A DNA stretch of 64,000 nucleotides from Acanthaster planci (taxonomy: Eukaryota): NCBI RefSeq assembly GCF_001949145.1, contig NW_019091359.1, positions 3,326,431-3,390,430 of the forward strand. The letters run 5' to 3'. This document shows positions 10,701-23,489 of the stretch, in pieces. The notes under the pieces were generated by a model. The model searched no databases and had not been told where the DNA came from. It saw nothing but the letters and a program-made list of their open reading frames with translations. The position numbers and the translations under genes are program-made. The first letter of the stretch is position 1. Each line of letters starts with the position of its first letter.

Positions 10701-13700
10701 CGCCCGTCGCATTGTGCTGTCTTAGGTCCTTTCCTTGTTGCATTTTTTTCTGCCTAAACATCGCCCCTTCCGTCGCCTGTCGGGTCATACTGTCAAGCAT
10801 CGCGTCATATGTCGTGTCGTGCATCGTTTTGCCTGATGCACGACGCGACACGTCGTGTGCTGTCGCCCTTTATTTCGTGGTGTTTATAGAGGGCGCCTTT
10901 ACTGTTTTCTTTCATTTCCGTCCACCTTTCTTGCAAAGTACGTGCAGTTTGCTCTTTGGTGTTGATTTTTCATTGTTTTATATAATTGATTCATTAATTT
11001 GATTAATTTCTGTCATATTTTATTGAAAAAATAAAGAGCAAAAGAAAATCCGAATATGTAGGAATTGCTCTCTCAAAATAAGTGGAAACCGCAAGCTCAG
11101 AATTTGTCACTCCTTAATTTCCCAGCCAAGACACATTTCTTTTGTTTTCTCTCATTTCCATCCATCGCGTTTGCAAAATACATGCCCTGAGCTGCAGGCG
11201 TTGATTTTTTTTGGAGGGACAGCACGACGCAACGGGCGACGCACGATGCAACACGTCGTGTGTGTACAAACGAAATGGCAAGAAGGCGACGGTTCAACAC
11301 AACGGCACGACGCAAGGGAGTCGTCATGCCGTCGCGTCATCTGGTTGCATCGCCTGGAAGGAGGCAAGAGAGAGAGAGAAATGTTTGTCGTAAATAGTGC
11401 ACCATAATTTTAGAATGGAAGTAAATATGTGTTTGGTCGGTCTTGGGAGAGTTATTGCTGATAATGCTCTCGCCTGCAGCTCGGGCAGTAGTCACATCCA
11501 TTCTCCTGAGCCGGTCTTCAATGCACATTTAAGACCAGCCAAGCACAATTTATTCCCTTATTCAGACTCATTTACACAGAATGCGAAAGGTTACATATCT
11601 TCTGATGCACTACACTTAACCTTTGCAGCTCTCGTGGCAATCTCCACAGATCTGTGTCAATTTCTGCACTAACTGTCTCTCACCCAAGCCTCTTACTTTT
11701 GTTAGTTTACTGCTAATGCTCAGTAGAATTCTAGTGTGCATATCATCTAGAGTACCTAGTATGACAGTCACAGAAAGCTGAGGTCGTAGACCCAGGGCCT
11801 ATTTGTTCTAGATACAGCACTGTCCAAAATTTGCTGAACTATTGATGTTACATTTTGAAGATTTCATGCTTCTGCAAAGTAATACCTACATGTACCGTAA
11901 TATCGGAGTTGGCAAACTGTTCCAAGTGGTATGGACATATGTGATAGACTTTCAAATTTTCATGGATCTTGCTAAAGATTTTGGCATTTGTTAGGCTGGA
12001 TTTATTTAGCCAAACCGCCTTCTTGTTGGTGGTTTCAGTGTTGCAACTTTTTGCTATCATGTCATTGTGCTTTTATTTGAATAAGAACTAGATGTTGAGT
12101 TACTATAATCCAACAACCATTGCAAAAGTTTCCAATTTTTGAAGCAAATTGTTACAATCAGCAAGTTAATGCCAGATAAGTTGAAATTTTGTATTTATTC
12201 ACATACTGACTTCTCCAAATGTGCTATGCATATATTTCTTCCTGCTGTAATAAGAGCACCAATTGACATTTTATTTTTCCTCACCAACTGTCACCACCAG
12301 CACGAAGACGGAAATCATCAGTTCTCTCACCATCCCATTCTGATACCAGATTACAATATCAGAGTGGATCGCCAGGCAATCAACGGCGTAGCCGGCGTTT
12401 CTCATCCAGTGACTCTCATTCCCCCAGTCATGGTACCGGTAGTAGGTCATTTTCTTAACGATACCCTCCCCCCTGACCCTTTCCCAGCCCCTCCCCCAGC
12501 CTTCTCCCATGGGAAATCCACAACTCTCTGCTGGTAGTCTGTTTGCATAAGCTTTGCCTCTCTTTTTCTATGATACACCCCTCTAAGCATCAGGGCTTCC
12601 GCATGTGTCTTGTCTTGAGATTTCAATTTTTTAACTCCAAGATGCTTGTAGGTTTTCCTGCGTGCGTTAGTGAGCATGGTGATCGAAATGCATAACTCTT
12701 GTTCAACTAATATGCATTTTTGTTGGGATTTTTCATGAGGAGTTGAACAACCTTTGTGAGACGGTGAAGGATGCTAATGATTGATTGCTGTGTATCTGAG
12801 CAAGGCCTGCCTATTGGATATTGAGATGTCCTTGTTTTCTACTTTCAAGAGGTGGTGAAATTATTTGTCAAAATTTGTCTCAGAGTTCAATGGTTATTTC
12901 AAAACTGAGCAAAGATTAACATATTTTTTCACTGATGAAATGAAATACCTTTGTAAATGTCTAATCAGAGTCATATGTAGTACGCTGTGTCTGTATTTGT
13001 ATTTCCCACTTTTATGTTAGGATAGAAAATGAACGTTTACCATCAGAAGATAAATGCCTTTTCCCCGATGATGTGTATTGTATTGAACCTACTTCACAGG
13101 CCCAATCTCACCTTTCATGATTTTGAATTCTCCAGCCATATGTGTTCAGTAGTAATTGAAGAGAATCTTGTGGGTTGTGCATACGTCACCCACTTGTAGC
13201 AAAGCATGCTGTTAAGTTGTCTTTGGTGCCAAGAAGTGTCTAACTTACAATACTGCACTGAAAGGTCACACATGCCACTGGTCCATCCTAAGAGCCCCAC
13301 TTAGCATTTGTAGAAGGGTAGTGTGGTTTAGGCTCATGGCCATGCTTCAGCAGTTAGTTAACCTTGTAAATAACAGGATGCTACATGTAGTCAAACTAAT
13401 AAATTCCCACTTTGTGTATTATTACTTTGGTTGTTAGCTGTTGAAAAATCACTGCATTGTGTAATCTTGTTTTGAAGCGTCTATGAAGTCCGACAGTGTC
13501 CATTCCAACGTCATTGATGTACTTAACCATGACAGCAATATGAAGTGTATTTTAAAATCTAGTTTACTAACCTCAGGTGATTCTCTTGCAGATATAGCAA
13601 CAGCCAGCATGCTTTTACATGTTCTCTGCATATGTCTTAAATGTTTTGTAATATTGTTTTAGAACCTTTGATTTTCCCCAATCTGTTTGTCTTTTTTTTG

Positions 13701-16700
13701 TCAAGAGCAATACAGTTGTTACACTGAATTTTTTCTTAAGGAATTCAAAGCATTATAGGAAATTGTGCCATTTGTTCAAATCAGCTGTAATGTGCAATCG
13801 TAACATTTTCAAAGCCAGCATTAATTGCAGATGTTCCTCTATTCCACTTCTACCCTATAGAGAGATGGTAACAGAGGGCTGGAATGCTATAGTTTAAAAC
13901 TTACTCTGCAAACGTGGCAGAATGTTACGAATATTATTTTGAAGAGCTTTTGTTTTGCTGCCAGCCTAAATACAGATCAGATTACAAATCTGCCTTAGAG
14001 GAACCTTCTGCACTGTTTTGGTTGTCAAAATGCAAAGTCAATCCATTGGGAAAATGGTTTATCAGTGCTTGAGCAAGATGGACTCAGCTGCTTTTACACC
14101 TTTGCAGATATGGCCTGTAGAATACTTCCATAGTAGGTCTTTTACTGCTGTCTCTTGATTCAAATCCCTTGAGCAATTTACTTTCATTTTGTCATACCTG
14201 CTTAGCCATAGCAAAGTTTCCCACTCTGGATGTCTGTTGTTAGTCTGCATTTTCATTGGCAGTAGACTTTCTTATTGACAAATTTCTCCTCTTCCCTGCG
14301 GGAATTTACTTTAAAATGGCAAACAAGAAAGCAAGCTTAGCCATTAATTTTCAAGCAGATTGTTTTGGTAAAATTCCCATATGTTCCTCGTGTTTAAAGC
14401 ATCAGAACGAGGATGGACACCCCTTAACCAGCTCCATTTTATTTTTTCAGTAACGTTGTTCACTGTATACATTCTTTGATATTTGGTTTCACTTTTCATG
14501 TAGCATCCCATAACACCCAGCCCCCATCACCGACCATTGATACTTCCACAACTAAGAAGAAAGACAAGAAGAAAGACAAAGGCAAGAAGGGGAGACTTAC
14601 CAAGGCTGACATTGGAACGCCAAGTGATTTCAAGTAAGTGGTATTGTTGACTTGTGACTTTCTCAGTTTGTGAATTTGGAAACCAATTAAATCTCTAGCA
14701 TTGGCATTTTTTTACTGAATTGTCCAGTAAATGTCAAATTAATGGGCCATAGCTTTTAACTGTTAATTAACTGAAATTATACATTTAATGTAATCACTGT
14801 ACTATTTTTAAGGTTTCCACTTTTTGTCTCTAGGCATGTCAGCCATGTTGGATGGGACCCACAAAAGGGTTTTGATGTAAGTTTCATTTGATCACTAGTT
14901 GATATCAGTACACTTTTGCTTGGCTAACTTTCATTTTCCCATTTAAAACTGGTGACTTCATATATGTATTTCACATGTGGAGTAACTAGTTCACATTCGT
15001 ATCACATTCTTGTGCAATTTCTGGAGTGAAGCACTACAAAGCAAAGGTATGCCATCTGAAAGTCTGTTTTTCAAGGAGACAGATTGAGAGAGAAAAATGA
15101 GAAACATAAAGATGATACATCACAAAGATGTGATGAATGTATTAAAAATTGGCGGGCAGTATTGCCGTGTGAGCATGGCAAACAGTATATTTGTAGCCAA
15201 TCATTTTCATATGAGATGTTTATCGACTTTCCTTTCACAGAAACCCTCGTGGATTCAATTAACATGGTCCAAGAATGACTTGCAATTTGTCCCCTGAATT
15301 ATTTATTCTAGATTGATGAAATGGACCCGGAAGTCAAAACCTGGTTCCAGAACATTGGCGTTTCTGAAGCTGAGCTCAAGGACCAGAATACTGCGGCTTT
15401 CATCAAAGATTTTGTGGAAGAACATGGAGGATTTGCCGCCATCAAGGATGACTTGGCTGGTAAGCACACAGTTATTCTCAGTATCTCTAAACAACAGTAT
15501 CAGTGTAATGCAGGACAAGTTCAAGATATATTATTGAAAACAGAATGACAACTGCCGTTCCAAAAGTATTTGAAATTATTTCACAGGTCCCGTTTGTGAC
15601 TGGTCATGGTATTTCTTTTTCATTTTTTCAGTTGTTCATTTGAAAGTTTGTTTACTGATGTTAAGCTTGAAAAGAATAAGATTTATTTGAATTTTTGTCA
15701 TGTTTTGTTTTTTGTCAGTCTTTAAATTTTTTTGGCCATGTTTTAAACACAGGGACAGCATAAAAAAACTTGGCCTGGTCTAATAATTGTTTTTGTTTTC
15801 ACGTGTTATTTGTCAAGGGCGAAAGCGAGGTGGTTCAGCCCCTCCTCCACCACCCCCTTCCCGTGGCTCAGCTCCACCCCCTCCTCCTCCTGGTAATCGT
15901 GGGCCACCCCCTCCCCCACCCCCTAGTCGAGGGCCTGCACCCCCTCCCCCTCCCTCATCCCGTGGGGCACCGCCTCCACCTCCACCATCTAGAGCTCTGC
16001 CCCCGACTCCCCCATCTATGGCTCCGCCCATGCCTCCTCCAAGCATGATTTACGCTGCTTCTACTCCAGCTCCCCCACCCCCGCCCCCATCCATGGGAGG
16101 CGGAGGGGGAGGACCCCCTCCCCCACCACCCCCACCACCCCCAGCAGTGGGAGCAGCCCCACCCCCTCCCCCTATCGGAGGCGGGGGCGGGGGTGGGGGT
16201 GGTCGTGCGGGGCTTCTAGATGGTATCCATAAGGGGGTTGCCTTGAAGCGTGTGGATCCAGATGACCGACCAGCACCTGCTAGTGATGGGCGTGGTGCTC
16301 TACTTGATCAGATCAGGGCAGGAAAAGCTCTCAAGCAGGTAGGAGAATACTGTTTTCAAGAAATCTCAACTTTTGCTGGTTTTATGATAATCAGGGCTTA
16401 TCACATTGGTATCTCAACATTTATAACAGCTCAAAGAAGCTAGAAGAGCTTTGAGATATATTTTTAGTGAAACAAATTTTATACAAAAAATGTCTGAGCA
16501 AATATAAAGGGACTTGAGAAAAGTACAAAAAAAAAATAACAAGAAAGATACCCGTCGGTTGATGTTAGAAGATACACCATAAGTGAACGCCGTGATATTC
16601 CCTTACAGGTGGACATGTCTGAACGTGAGGCAGATGTTTCTCCTGGAGTACCTCAAGATGGTCTTGGGGCGGCACTGTTAAACGCCTTACAGATGAGAAG

Positions 16701-17771
16701 TAATGCAATCCACTCTGGTAAGCATGAGATGTGTACATTAACCACTACCTGCCGGGTGGATTTCTCTTCAGCGGGATGTGATTGCGAAACCTTTTCAAGA
16801 TTTTCCATTTTGAAAATTCTTCAAAAATTCATGTGTTCATTTACTGGACGTTTACACCCACACAAACGACTCTCTGAAAGGAAACCTTCATTGACGCCCA
16901 AGTATTCAACCCAAGCCTGCAGCCCAGTAAAAGAGAGCCCAGGATTGTGTGGTGTTGCATAATTTCTTTTGTTCTGGTGAATGCCAGTAGCGTCTTTTCA
17001 TACGCGACTGGATTAGCGAGCAGTGGCGTTATGTCACTCATCAATGGGGCCATTGAGTACTTTTGTCCGTGGTGCTACATGTAATCCGCAGGCGCGCTAT
17101 GCCCAAAACAGTGGTATAGTGTTTCAAAACAGTGCCGGATTTCCTTCCAAAAAATGGAAGGTGAAAAATGACGGCAATTCCCAGTAGCAGGCCCTTTGTT
17201 CCGAGTACAGTCTTTTGTTACACAGACTAGCTCTTTTGTCCAAAACCGGGCACCCTGGCTCTGTGTATAAACACACGGTTCCCGAAACCAGGTTCCCCAG
17301 CAGGAAGTGGTTCAGCTTTATTCTATGTTAATTTAGTTCCTGTGCATGCAGCAGCCCAAGGGCAAGGTACAGGATGATTACAAGTGACAATAAATAAAAA
17401 AGTCAAGAAATGTTCCTTGTAAGAGATGGAAGAAAAACCATTGTCAAATATCCCAGGGAAAATCCAAGGAGTTAGATAGGGACTGAAAACCCAATCCACG
17501 GGCTGACCTCGACGGCATATGAACCTTGAGTCATTCACGTTTCAGAGGTGGAAAGTTGGCAAAAATACTACTGTGCCAACCTGAGGCTCATGTGTTATCA
17601 GTTCAAAAAAACTCAAGTTCCACCCTCGCTGTTCTTGTAGGTCCTGGAGTAATACCTTCACTGAATTAAGTTCTTTTCCTTTGTCATTTAATCACCTCAT
17701 TCCATGCAGAAGGCAGTGATGACGATTCTGACGATGATGACTTTGATGATGATGATGATGAATGGGATTAG
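4724..17771 (+). CDS. WASL: Wiskott-Aldrich syndrome protein family, N-WASP-like (WH1, basic region, CRIB/GBD, poly-Pro, 2x WH2, C, acidic tail), ~509 aa
   Basis: Phase-consistent exons: 4724-4834, 7378-7512, 7798-7890, 8240-8339, 9214-9291, 14504-14633, 14834-14876, 15312-15459, 15818-16338, 16609-16717, 17710-17771 (1530 nt). Motifs: WH1 (TAVVQVFLA, CFVKD, WEQELY, AGLNFA), KKKDKKKDKGKK, CRIB ADIGTPSDFKHVSHVGWDP, WH2 GRAGLLDGIHKGVALKRV and GRGALLDQIRAGKALKQV, acidic end DDDDEWD*. Confidence 0.96.
4976..5363. mobile_element. Non-autonomous TIR element with TGT...ACA ends and 4-bp TSD (Ginger-like)
   Basis: TGTTACGCCCCAACTATA ... TATAATTGGGGCGTAACA, flanked by ATAA (4972-4975) and ATAA (5364-5367); internal CCCAACTATAGTTGGG sub-palindromes. 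Confidence 0.7.
5587..6009. mobile_element. Element with ~68-bp inverted repeats enclosing a tRNA-like Pol III A/B-box segment
   Basis: 5587-5653 is the near reverse complement of 5940-6009. Internal A box TGGCCGAGTGG (5722-5732) and B box GAGTTCGAATCC (5765-5776). Confidence 0.65.
8336..8396 (+). repeat. 27-bp tandem duplication of the WASP exon-4 donor region
   Basis: GAAGGTAAGTTGGGGGTCCTCACACTG / GAAGCTAAGTTGGGGGTCCTCACACTG / GAAGGTA. Confidence 0.9.
10537..11406. mobile_element. Non-autonomous long-TIR DNA transposon (IS3EU-like), copy 1
   Basis: ~190-bp imperfect TIRs: (T/G)ATGGTGTACTATTTAC... at 10537 and ...GTAAATAGTGCACCATA at 11406. Same termini as the 36657-38641 element. Confidence 0.8.
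12301..12458 (+). other. Candidate alternative (cassette or terminal) exon in WASP intron 5
   Basis: Pyrimidine-rich acceptor ...CACCACCAG|12301. In the phase left by exon 5 it reads SRRRKSSVLSPSHSDTRLQYQSGSPGNQRRSRRFSSSDSHSPSHGTGSRSFS*. Confidence 0.5.
17443..17585 (-). mobile_element. tRNA-derived SINE remnant; related copy at ~57815-57940 (+)
   Basis: Degenerate A box (TGGCACAGTAG) and B box (GGTTCATATGCC) on the minus strand. Core TGGGTTTTCAGTCCCTATCTAA is shared exactly with 57877-57898. Confidence 0.6.
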
Positions 17772-17988
17772 ATAAAGCGAGTTGAGAACAATCATCCATT
17801 CTACCAGTCATCATTTGTTGTAATGTAAGACTCCAGTTGATGAACCTAAGGTCTGCCGACCTACTTTCAGTTCTGTTTTAATGCTTCTGTTAGTATTGAG
17901 TCATTCATAATATGAAAAGCAAAGCCCTTTTCACATTGATTTTTGCCATTTCCCAACAAATCAGCTTTGGTTTACGTTGTGAACCAGA

Positions 17989-18227
17989 GGCCAATTTCAC
18001 AGAGCTGCTTACGCACAAAATTTGCTTAAGGGTGAGAAAACCTTGCTTAATAAATCAGGTAACCAGCCAAAATTCCATGTGATGTATATTGTGTTTGGAT
18101 CACATTTAGCTGTCTTTTGATTAGCATGACAATCAGATAGAGTTTGAGCTGATAACCTTTGTTTATTAAGCAAGGCTTATTTGCGCATAAGCAAATTTTG
18201 TGCTTAAGCAGCTCTATGAAATTGGCC
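17989..18227. mobile_element. Fold-back MITE in the putative WASP 3'UTR; degenerate relative at ~62229-62390
   Basis: GGCCAATTTCACAGAGCTGCTTACGCACAAAATTTGCTTA ... TAAGCAAATTTTGTGCTTAAGCAGCTCTATGAAATTGGCC, plus inner arms CCTTGCTTAATAAA/TTTATTAAGCAAGG. Confidence 0.85.
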
Positions 18228-18691
18228 CTTGGCAGGTTGTGATTGTTGGCATGCAGCCAGTCAGTTATTGCATTAAAATCATGAAAACTTATTAAAAGCC
18301 TACTATATTCTCGATAAATGTCTTCCGCAATAATAATTTATTTCTTTGAAAATGAACTGATATCTTTGTTCATGAAGTGGCTTTTGTTTTAAGTATAGTT
18401 CTGTGTTCTATAAATGCGTTAATGATTGATAAGATAAGTCTGAAGTTCTTATAGTTCAGCAGTTCAACATTATGTCCAAATTTGTTCAGTTCTCTACAGA
18501 ATGTGTAATGAAGATTACAACAAACATATTTTTTTGTGGAAGAGGTGGCTTCTATGACTCGGCAAATTGTTCAGGTAATTCTGTTTTGGGGCCCGAGTTT
18601 CAGAATATTCAAGAGAGTTGGATTTTCAAAGCTTTTCTGAAATTTATTGAAATTGAAAAAGTGAACGTTACCAGCTGAAAAAAAAACTGTG

Positions 18692-18860
18692 TCTATTTGA
18701 GGAGAGGGTTGTGGGGGGTTGTTGCTAACCTGTTTCTATTTGAAGGAGACGGTTGTGGGGGGTTGTTGCTAACCTGTTTCTATTTGAAGGAGACGGTTGT
18801 GGGGGGTTGTTGCTAACCTGTTTCTATTTGAAGGAGACGGTTGTGGCGTTTTTTTGCTAA
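18692..18860 (+). repeat. Minisatellite, ~43-bp unit x ~4
   Basis: TCTATTTGAAGGAGACGGTTGTGGGGGGTTGTTGCTAACCTGTT repeated in tandem. Confidence 0.9.
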
Positions 18861-21800
18861 ATGAACAGGGTTGTAGCCCCAATTCTGGCCTGTAGAATCT
18901 TACCCACGTATTATGTAGGGCATTTAAAAAATACAGTTACTGTCTCTAATGATGTGAGCCAGTATGTTGATGACATCACCACGACCACGATGCACAAGAA
19001 AGTCTGGCTGAGTTGGTTATATCCATCTTGGCTGGGGCTGCCAAGTAATGGGGATTAAATACAGTTAAACGTATGATGAAACCATCAGTTTGATTATGTG
19101 TACAGGGTCTTCCCTGTAATCGTTTTTATGTCACTGCAGTTAATTATTCTGAAGATTATATATGTTTAATCAAGCAAAATATTATGCTATAAATTTTTTT
19201 AAATATAAAAAGAGAATTAGAAAATTCACATAGAAACCATGAAAATGCTTAAGAACTGGCTTTAAAAAAATGATCATTGAAAATGCTTTATGGAATTCAG
19301 TGGTGGATGTGAGATCAGTGGCATATCCTAAGTTTGTGTCCAAGCAGGGGAGGACAAAATGGAAATTTGGTTCGACACAATTATTGTCCAATCCAATTTG
19401 TGTTTCTTACAAAGGTTACACCCCTTAAGGCGTGAATGTACCGCTGTGTAAGATGTACAATTCAAGACCAAGGGAAATGATGATCTTTTTGCTCTGTGAA
19501 TCTTTGTTGCTGTCTTAATCCTCTAGTTGGCATGCAAGCAATAAAATATTGGCTATCCTGCATGGAAGGATGAAGGATGATTGATATCAAGGTGTCTCAT
19601 TCAGTTGTGCTGTGGGCCACTTTTGGAACTTTTTACTAGACTCGACCACCCCCCCCGTCACAAACCCAACAAAAACATGCAATTCTTTGATAAACTAAAT
19701 TTTTAAAGGTTTTTGAAGAAAACAGAGATGAAAGTGGGAAAGTGGTTAGGGTGGCTGCAGCCTATAGCAGGCCACGGATGATAGATTTGAAAAATATAAA
19801 TACAGTATGCTCGTAAGTTTTTATAGATAATTAATCCCCAGTGAAGATGTAAATATAGCAAGGCCCCCCCGCACACACACACACACACCCGCACTGTATA
19901 CCTCTTTTTGTAAGTTTTTAAATTTATACAAAATTTATACAAAGAGTGGAAAGGCTATTGGAGTTGCCTCAGTGTTTTCCTATCCAAAGTGTGCACACAC
20001 TCAAGTATTTAGTTTCATAAATAAATGCTCAAACTAATGTCCACAACCCCACGCGAGGAAAAAAATTTGCACCAACATGCCGTGTATCTGCAGCTGCAGT
20101 GCAGGACAAAGAAGTTGAGATTTAATGTAAAGTTGTAACTTCTAGAGGAAGTAGGGGAGAGCAAACGTTTCCGTTCAAGATTCCATCCCTTGGTCTCTTC
20201 CCCTACCTTGAGCAAGAGGAATGGGATGAGATAAGAAGAGATAAGACCAGCCACGACATTGTTTTGGGATACGGCTGGCCATAGCACTATAATGTCAACC
20301 TCCTTTCCACGTATAAGTCCGTGTACCTCCGTGTCGCGTTATATGCAAACTTAAGTCAGCCCTGGGGATAGTACAGGGTCATCCGTACCGTGCGCCGTGC
20401 ATGCGTCGTCGCATGAAGTTGTTTTTGTTAGCTAGCTCCGTGCGGTGAGTTGTCTCAAGAATAAATTCAGTCTCTGTACCAAGAACCTGCTGCCAATCAC
20501 CTTGCCGATAACACTGCTATTGTATCACAGATTGCAGGTAAGGCTTGAAACAGGCCAGTGGTGGGTTAGAAGCTGTAGTCATGCCGTGCCTACCCTGTTG
20601 TTTCCCTACCTGATTAGTAAGAGTTCAGTCACCAGTTTTCCCTAGCCATCTGAAAGTGATAACATGTCCCAAAAAGTCAATTGTAGCAGTCAAACTGTTG
20701 AAGCATTTACTTAGAAAACACTTGGAATTTTCAAGACCAGTCTGGTCAGTAGGGTTGTACTTGTGCACAGACAGGGTGTCAAGTGATGTCTGTATGCCTT
20801 GCCCATGGTTGAGGCCTACACAAGATACAGTGGCATGCATTACACAAGTCACCATAGGGTTAATTTGCCCACTTTGTACTTTGACCAAATTTTTTTCTTA
20901 AATGCACTAAATTTGTTAAAAAATGGAGCTATAAACATTTTGCGGCTCCATTTTCAGTAGTTGAAAGCTTGACAAAATATCCCCTCCTTCCTACATGATA
21001 TAATGAAGAACATTGCCATTGGATGTCACCGACTCAACAGGAACAGTGTCGTCTGCAAACAAGTCAGATCAGCTGTAGTAAAACCTACATCACCATAATT
21101 TGTGACGCACGTTGCAAATGCCATTTTACGAGGTATCGGTAATGTCCTACTTCTGAAAAATCTGCCAGTTGCATGTAATGTTCCTTGAAAGAGGAATTAT
21201 TTTTTGCAGTAATTACTTCGGTTTAGTGATGCAGTTTGAGGGAAAAGCACTTTTATTCGCTATAGCTTGACTTCTTATCACTTTCACTTTTTCATTTTCC
21301 TAGATTTTAATTTTTTTTTCAATTTAAGTTGAACTTACAGTGAGGCATGAATTTTTATCCTTTCAAATAAATCATAATGAGCATTAATAGGAGTTATTTA
21401 TCGGACATTATGATAAAAAAGTCACAAAATGCTGTCCTGACGGTGCCACTGAATCTGAGCCTGTCATTGCCAATGGAAATCTCAAAAGATACAGTCATGA
21501 ACATTAAGGTGTGCAGTGCTTTTTCAGTCTCCGTGTTTTTGATCACGCCCTCAATATTTGACAAAAGTTGAATAGAGTCCTTATTAGTGCACAAATTGGA
21601 CGTCCAACATCGATCATGAACAAACAAGCAATCATTCATGCATTTATTAGACAATTTAAACTGGTTCATTTTGTATTTAGTCTGTAAAGTACAGCTTCAT
21701 GCTTTGTTGACATTTTTCCTGAATTCTCCCTGAAAAAGCTTTTAATTCGCACAATCAATTGCAAAAAGAAAACTGTTGAAGTGACGATTGATCATTGATA

Positions 21801-23489
21801 GTAAATTAGCATCAGTGCATAATTTCATTGAAGAGTTTCACAATTAGAAAGTTAGAGAGGGATTGAGCAAATATTTGTACATGCAAATTTAGGGTACTCC
21901 ACGATAACCCCGGAACTGTGAGTTCTCACTTCCTCGCCGCTCGGATGTCAGACCCCACATTTCTGGGGGTACGCATGCATGTGATTTTCCTGGACTTTTA
22001 GACACTCTGCGTAACATTTCTTAGTAAACATACAATTTTGCCAGCCTTGAGCTCTATTTTGCAGCATTGCTTGGCCATAGTTGCAATAATGCCTGCATCA
22101 AGTAGCCTCGTTGGGTTGCATACGTATGGACACTAATCATGATGAGAGAGATTTCCAATACTTTCACCAAGTTTTAAGGAAATTACATAATTGTGCTGTG
22201 CTATCATCAGTTGAAATCTCTAATGACTTTGTTTCCTTTCTTGAAACAGTCTTCCACAATTGCAAATCAGAAAACGATTGGCTGATAGCAGAATTATCCA
22301 CAAATTGTGCGGAAGATTTACATGATTGACAAACCTCAAAAGATCAAGAAATCACGGAGATGATGGCAAACAACAATGCAGCACTATAGGATCTTTGGCA
22401 TTAACACATTGGCCCAGGCTTGGTGATTGTGTCATCGTTCATGCCATGGTAGCCCCACAGTTGCCATAAATGAGGCCCAGACTCTATAGTCAGGACATGG
22501 AGGCAGTACAGCTCTTGGGCCCTATTTGTAGGGATGCAATCATGCGAGAAGGAAGTCTCCAGTGATCAGGTGATGATGAACAGATGTGGTCAACATAATA
22601 ATCGTGTTAATGAATGGAAGAAGGAAAATACCCATATATCAGCCCTAAAACTGCATGGACAATGCTGCTTCGATAAGTATCAATCACAGAGAGTGAGAGG
22701 CAGCCCCATATTTCGAGGGGCACTAGAATATTGGATAGTATGTAGCCATTAATTAGTCCGTAGTCGTCTACATTATCTGTTTACCTTCAAGGAAAATTTG
22801 GCAAATTTGCAAGTCAGTGTGGTTTAATACATCGTATCGTCCGGATTCGGAATATTATGACAATACAGGAAACCAGTCTGAGTGCATGTACGGGTACGTA
22901 CATGTACATATCATGTATTTCATATTCTCAGTTAAAGGTTCATTGAAAAACCACTGTAAACACAGTAGATGATGTGGTATTGTGGGATGAAGTTACAGTC
23001 TTCGTTATGATTAACTTGTCCTCAATCCCACTATGGCAAGTTGTCTGTACTCTGGCATGAGGTACTGGTGTGTGTGTCTGAAGCATGCCATGGATATAAC
23101 AGGACACTCAGCTTGAAAAGGGAAATTATTGTCATCCAGCTTGTGAGGTCAACAAAACTGGTACTTGGTCACATTGAGCAGAAACAAGTGGTGGGATCAT
23201 ACCCCAGTAGCTACTTCTGAAGCCTAACATTGCATATGCTGAGAATTTCACTTGTTTACATATTGCCCCTCTCAAAGAACAATTGCGTTTGGCTTGACTG
23301 TGATTTTTCCGGTTGAATTTATGCCCTTTTCCCTCCTGTGCTACTTGCTAACCAACTAAGACATTTTTAAAACACTTTCATATTTGAATTTGACTCTACT
23401 GCAATTTCTATCTTTTTCAGTCCATGTACTCACCTTGGCAATTGTTCTTCTTGGCAACCAGAAAGTTCTAGTTCCTGTAAGTCTTGCTG

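Noticed and set aside
10516..11407. Arg/Cys/Val-rich ORFs (also 36535-37068 and 38399-38810)
   Set aside because: Stop-poor CG-rich TIR sub-repeats; no transposase or other motifs.
12139..12537. 132-aa ORF from the track
   Set aside because: Non-ATG start and wrong phase for WASP; the other frame from acceptor 12301 is the better candidate.
15770..16048. Gly-rich antisense ORF (15813-16046) and His/Leu/Pro-rich alternative-frame ORF
   Set aside because: Shadows of the WASP poly-proline exon.
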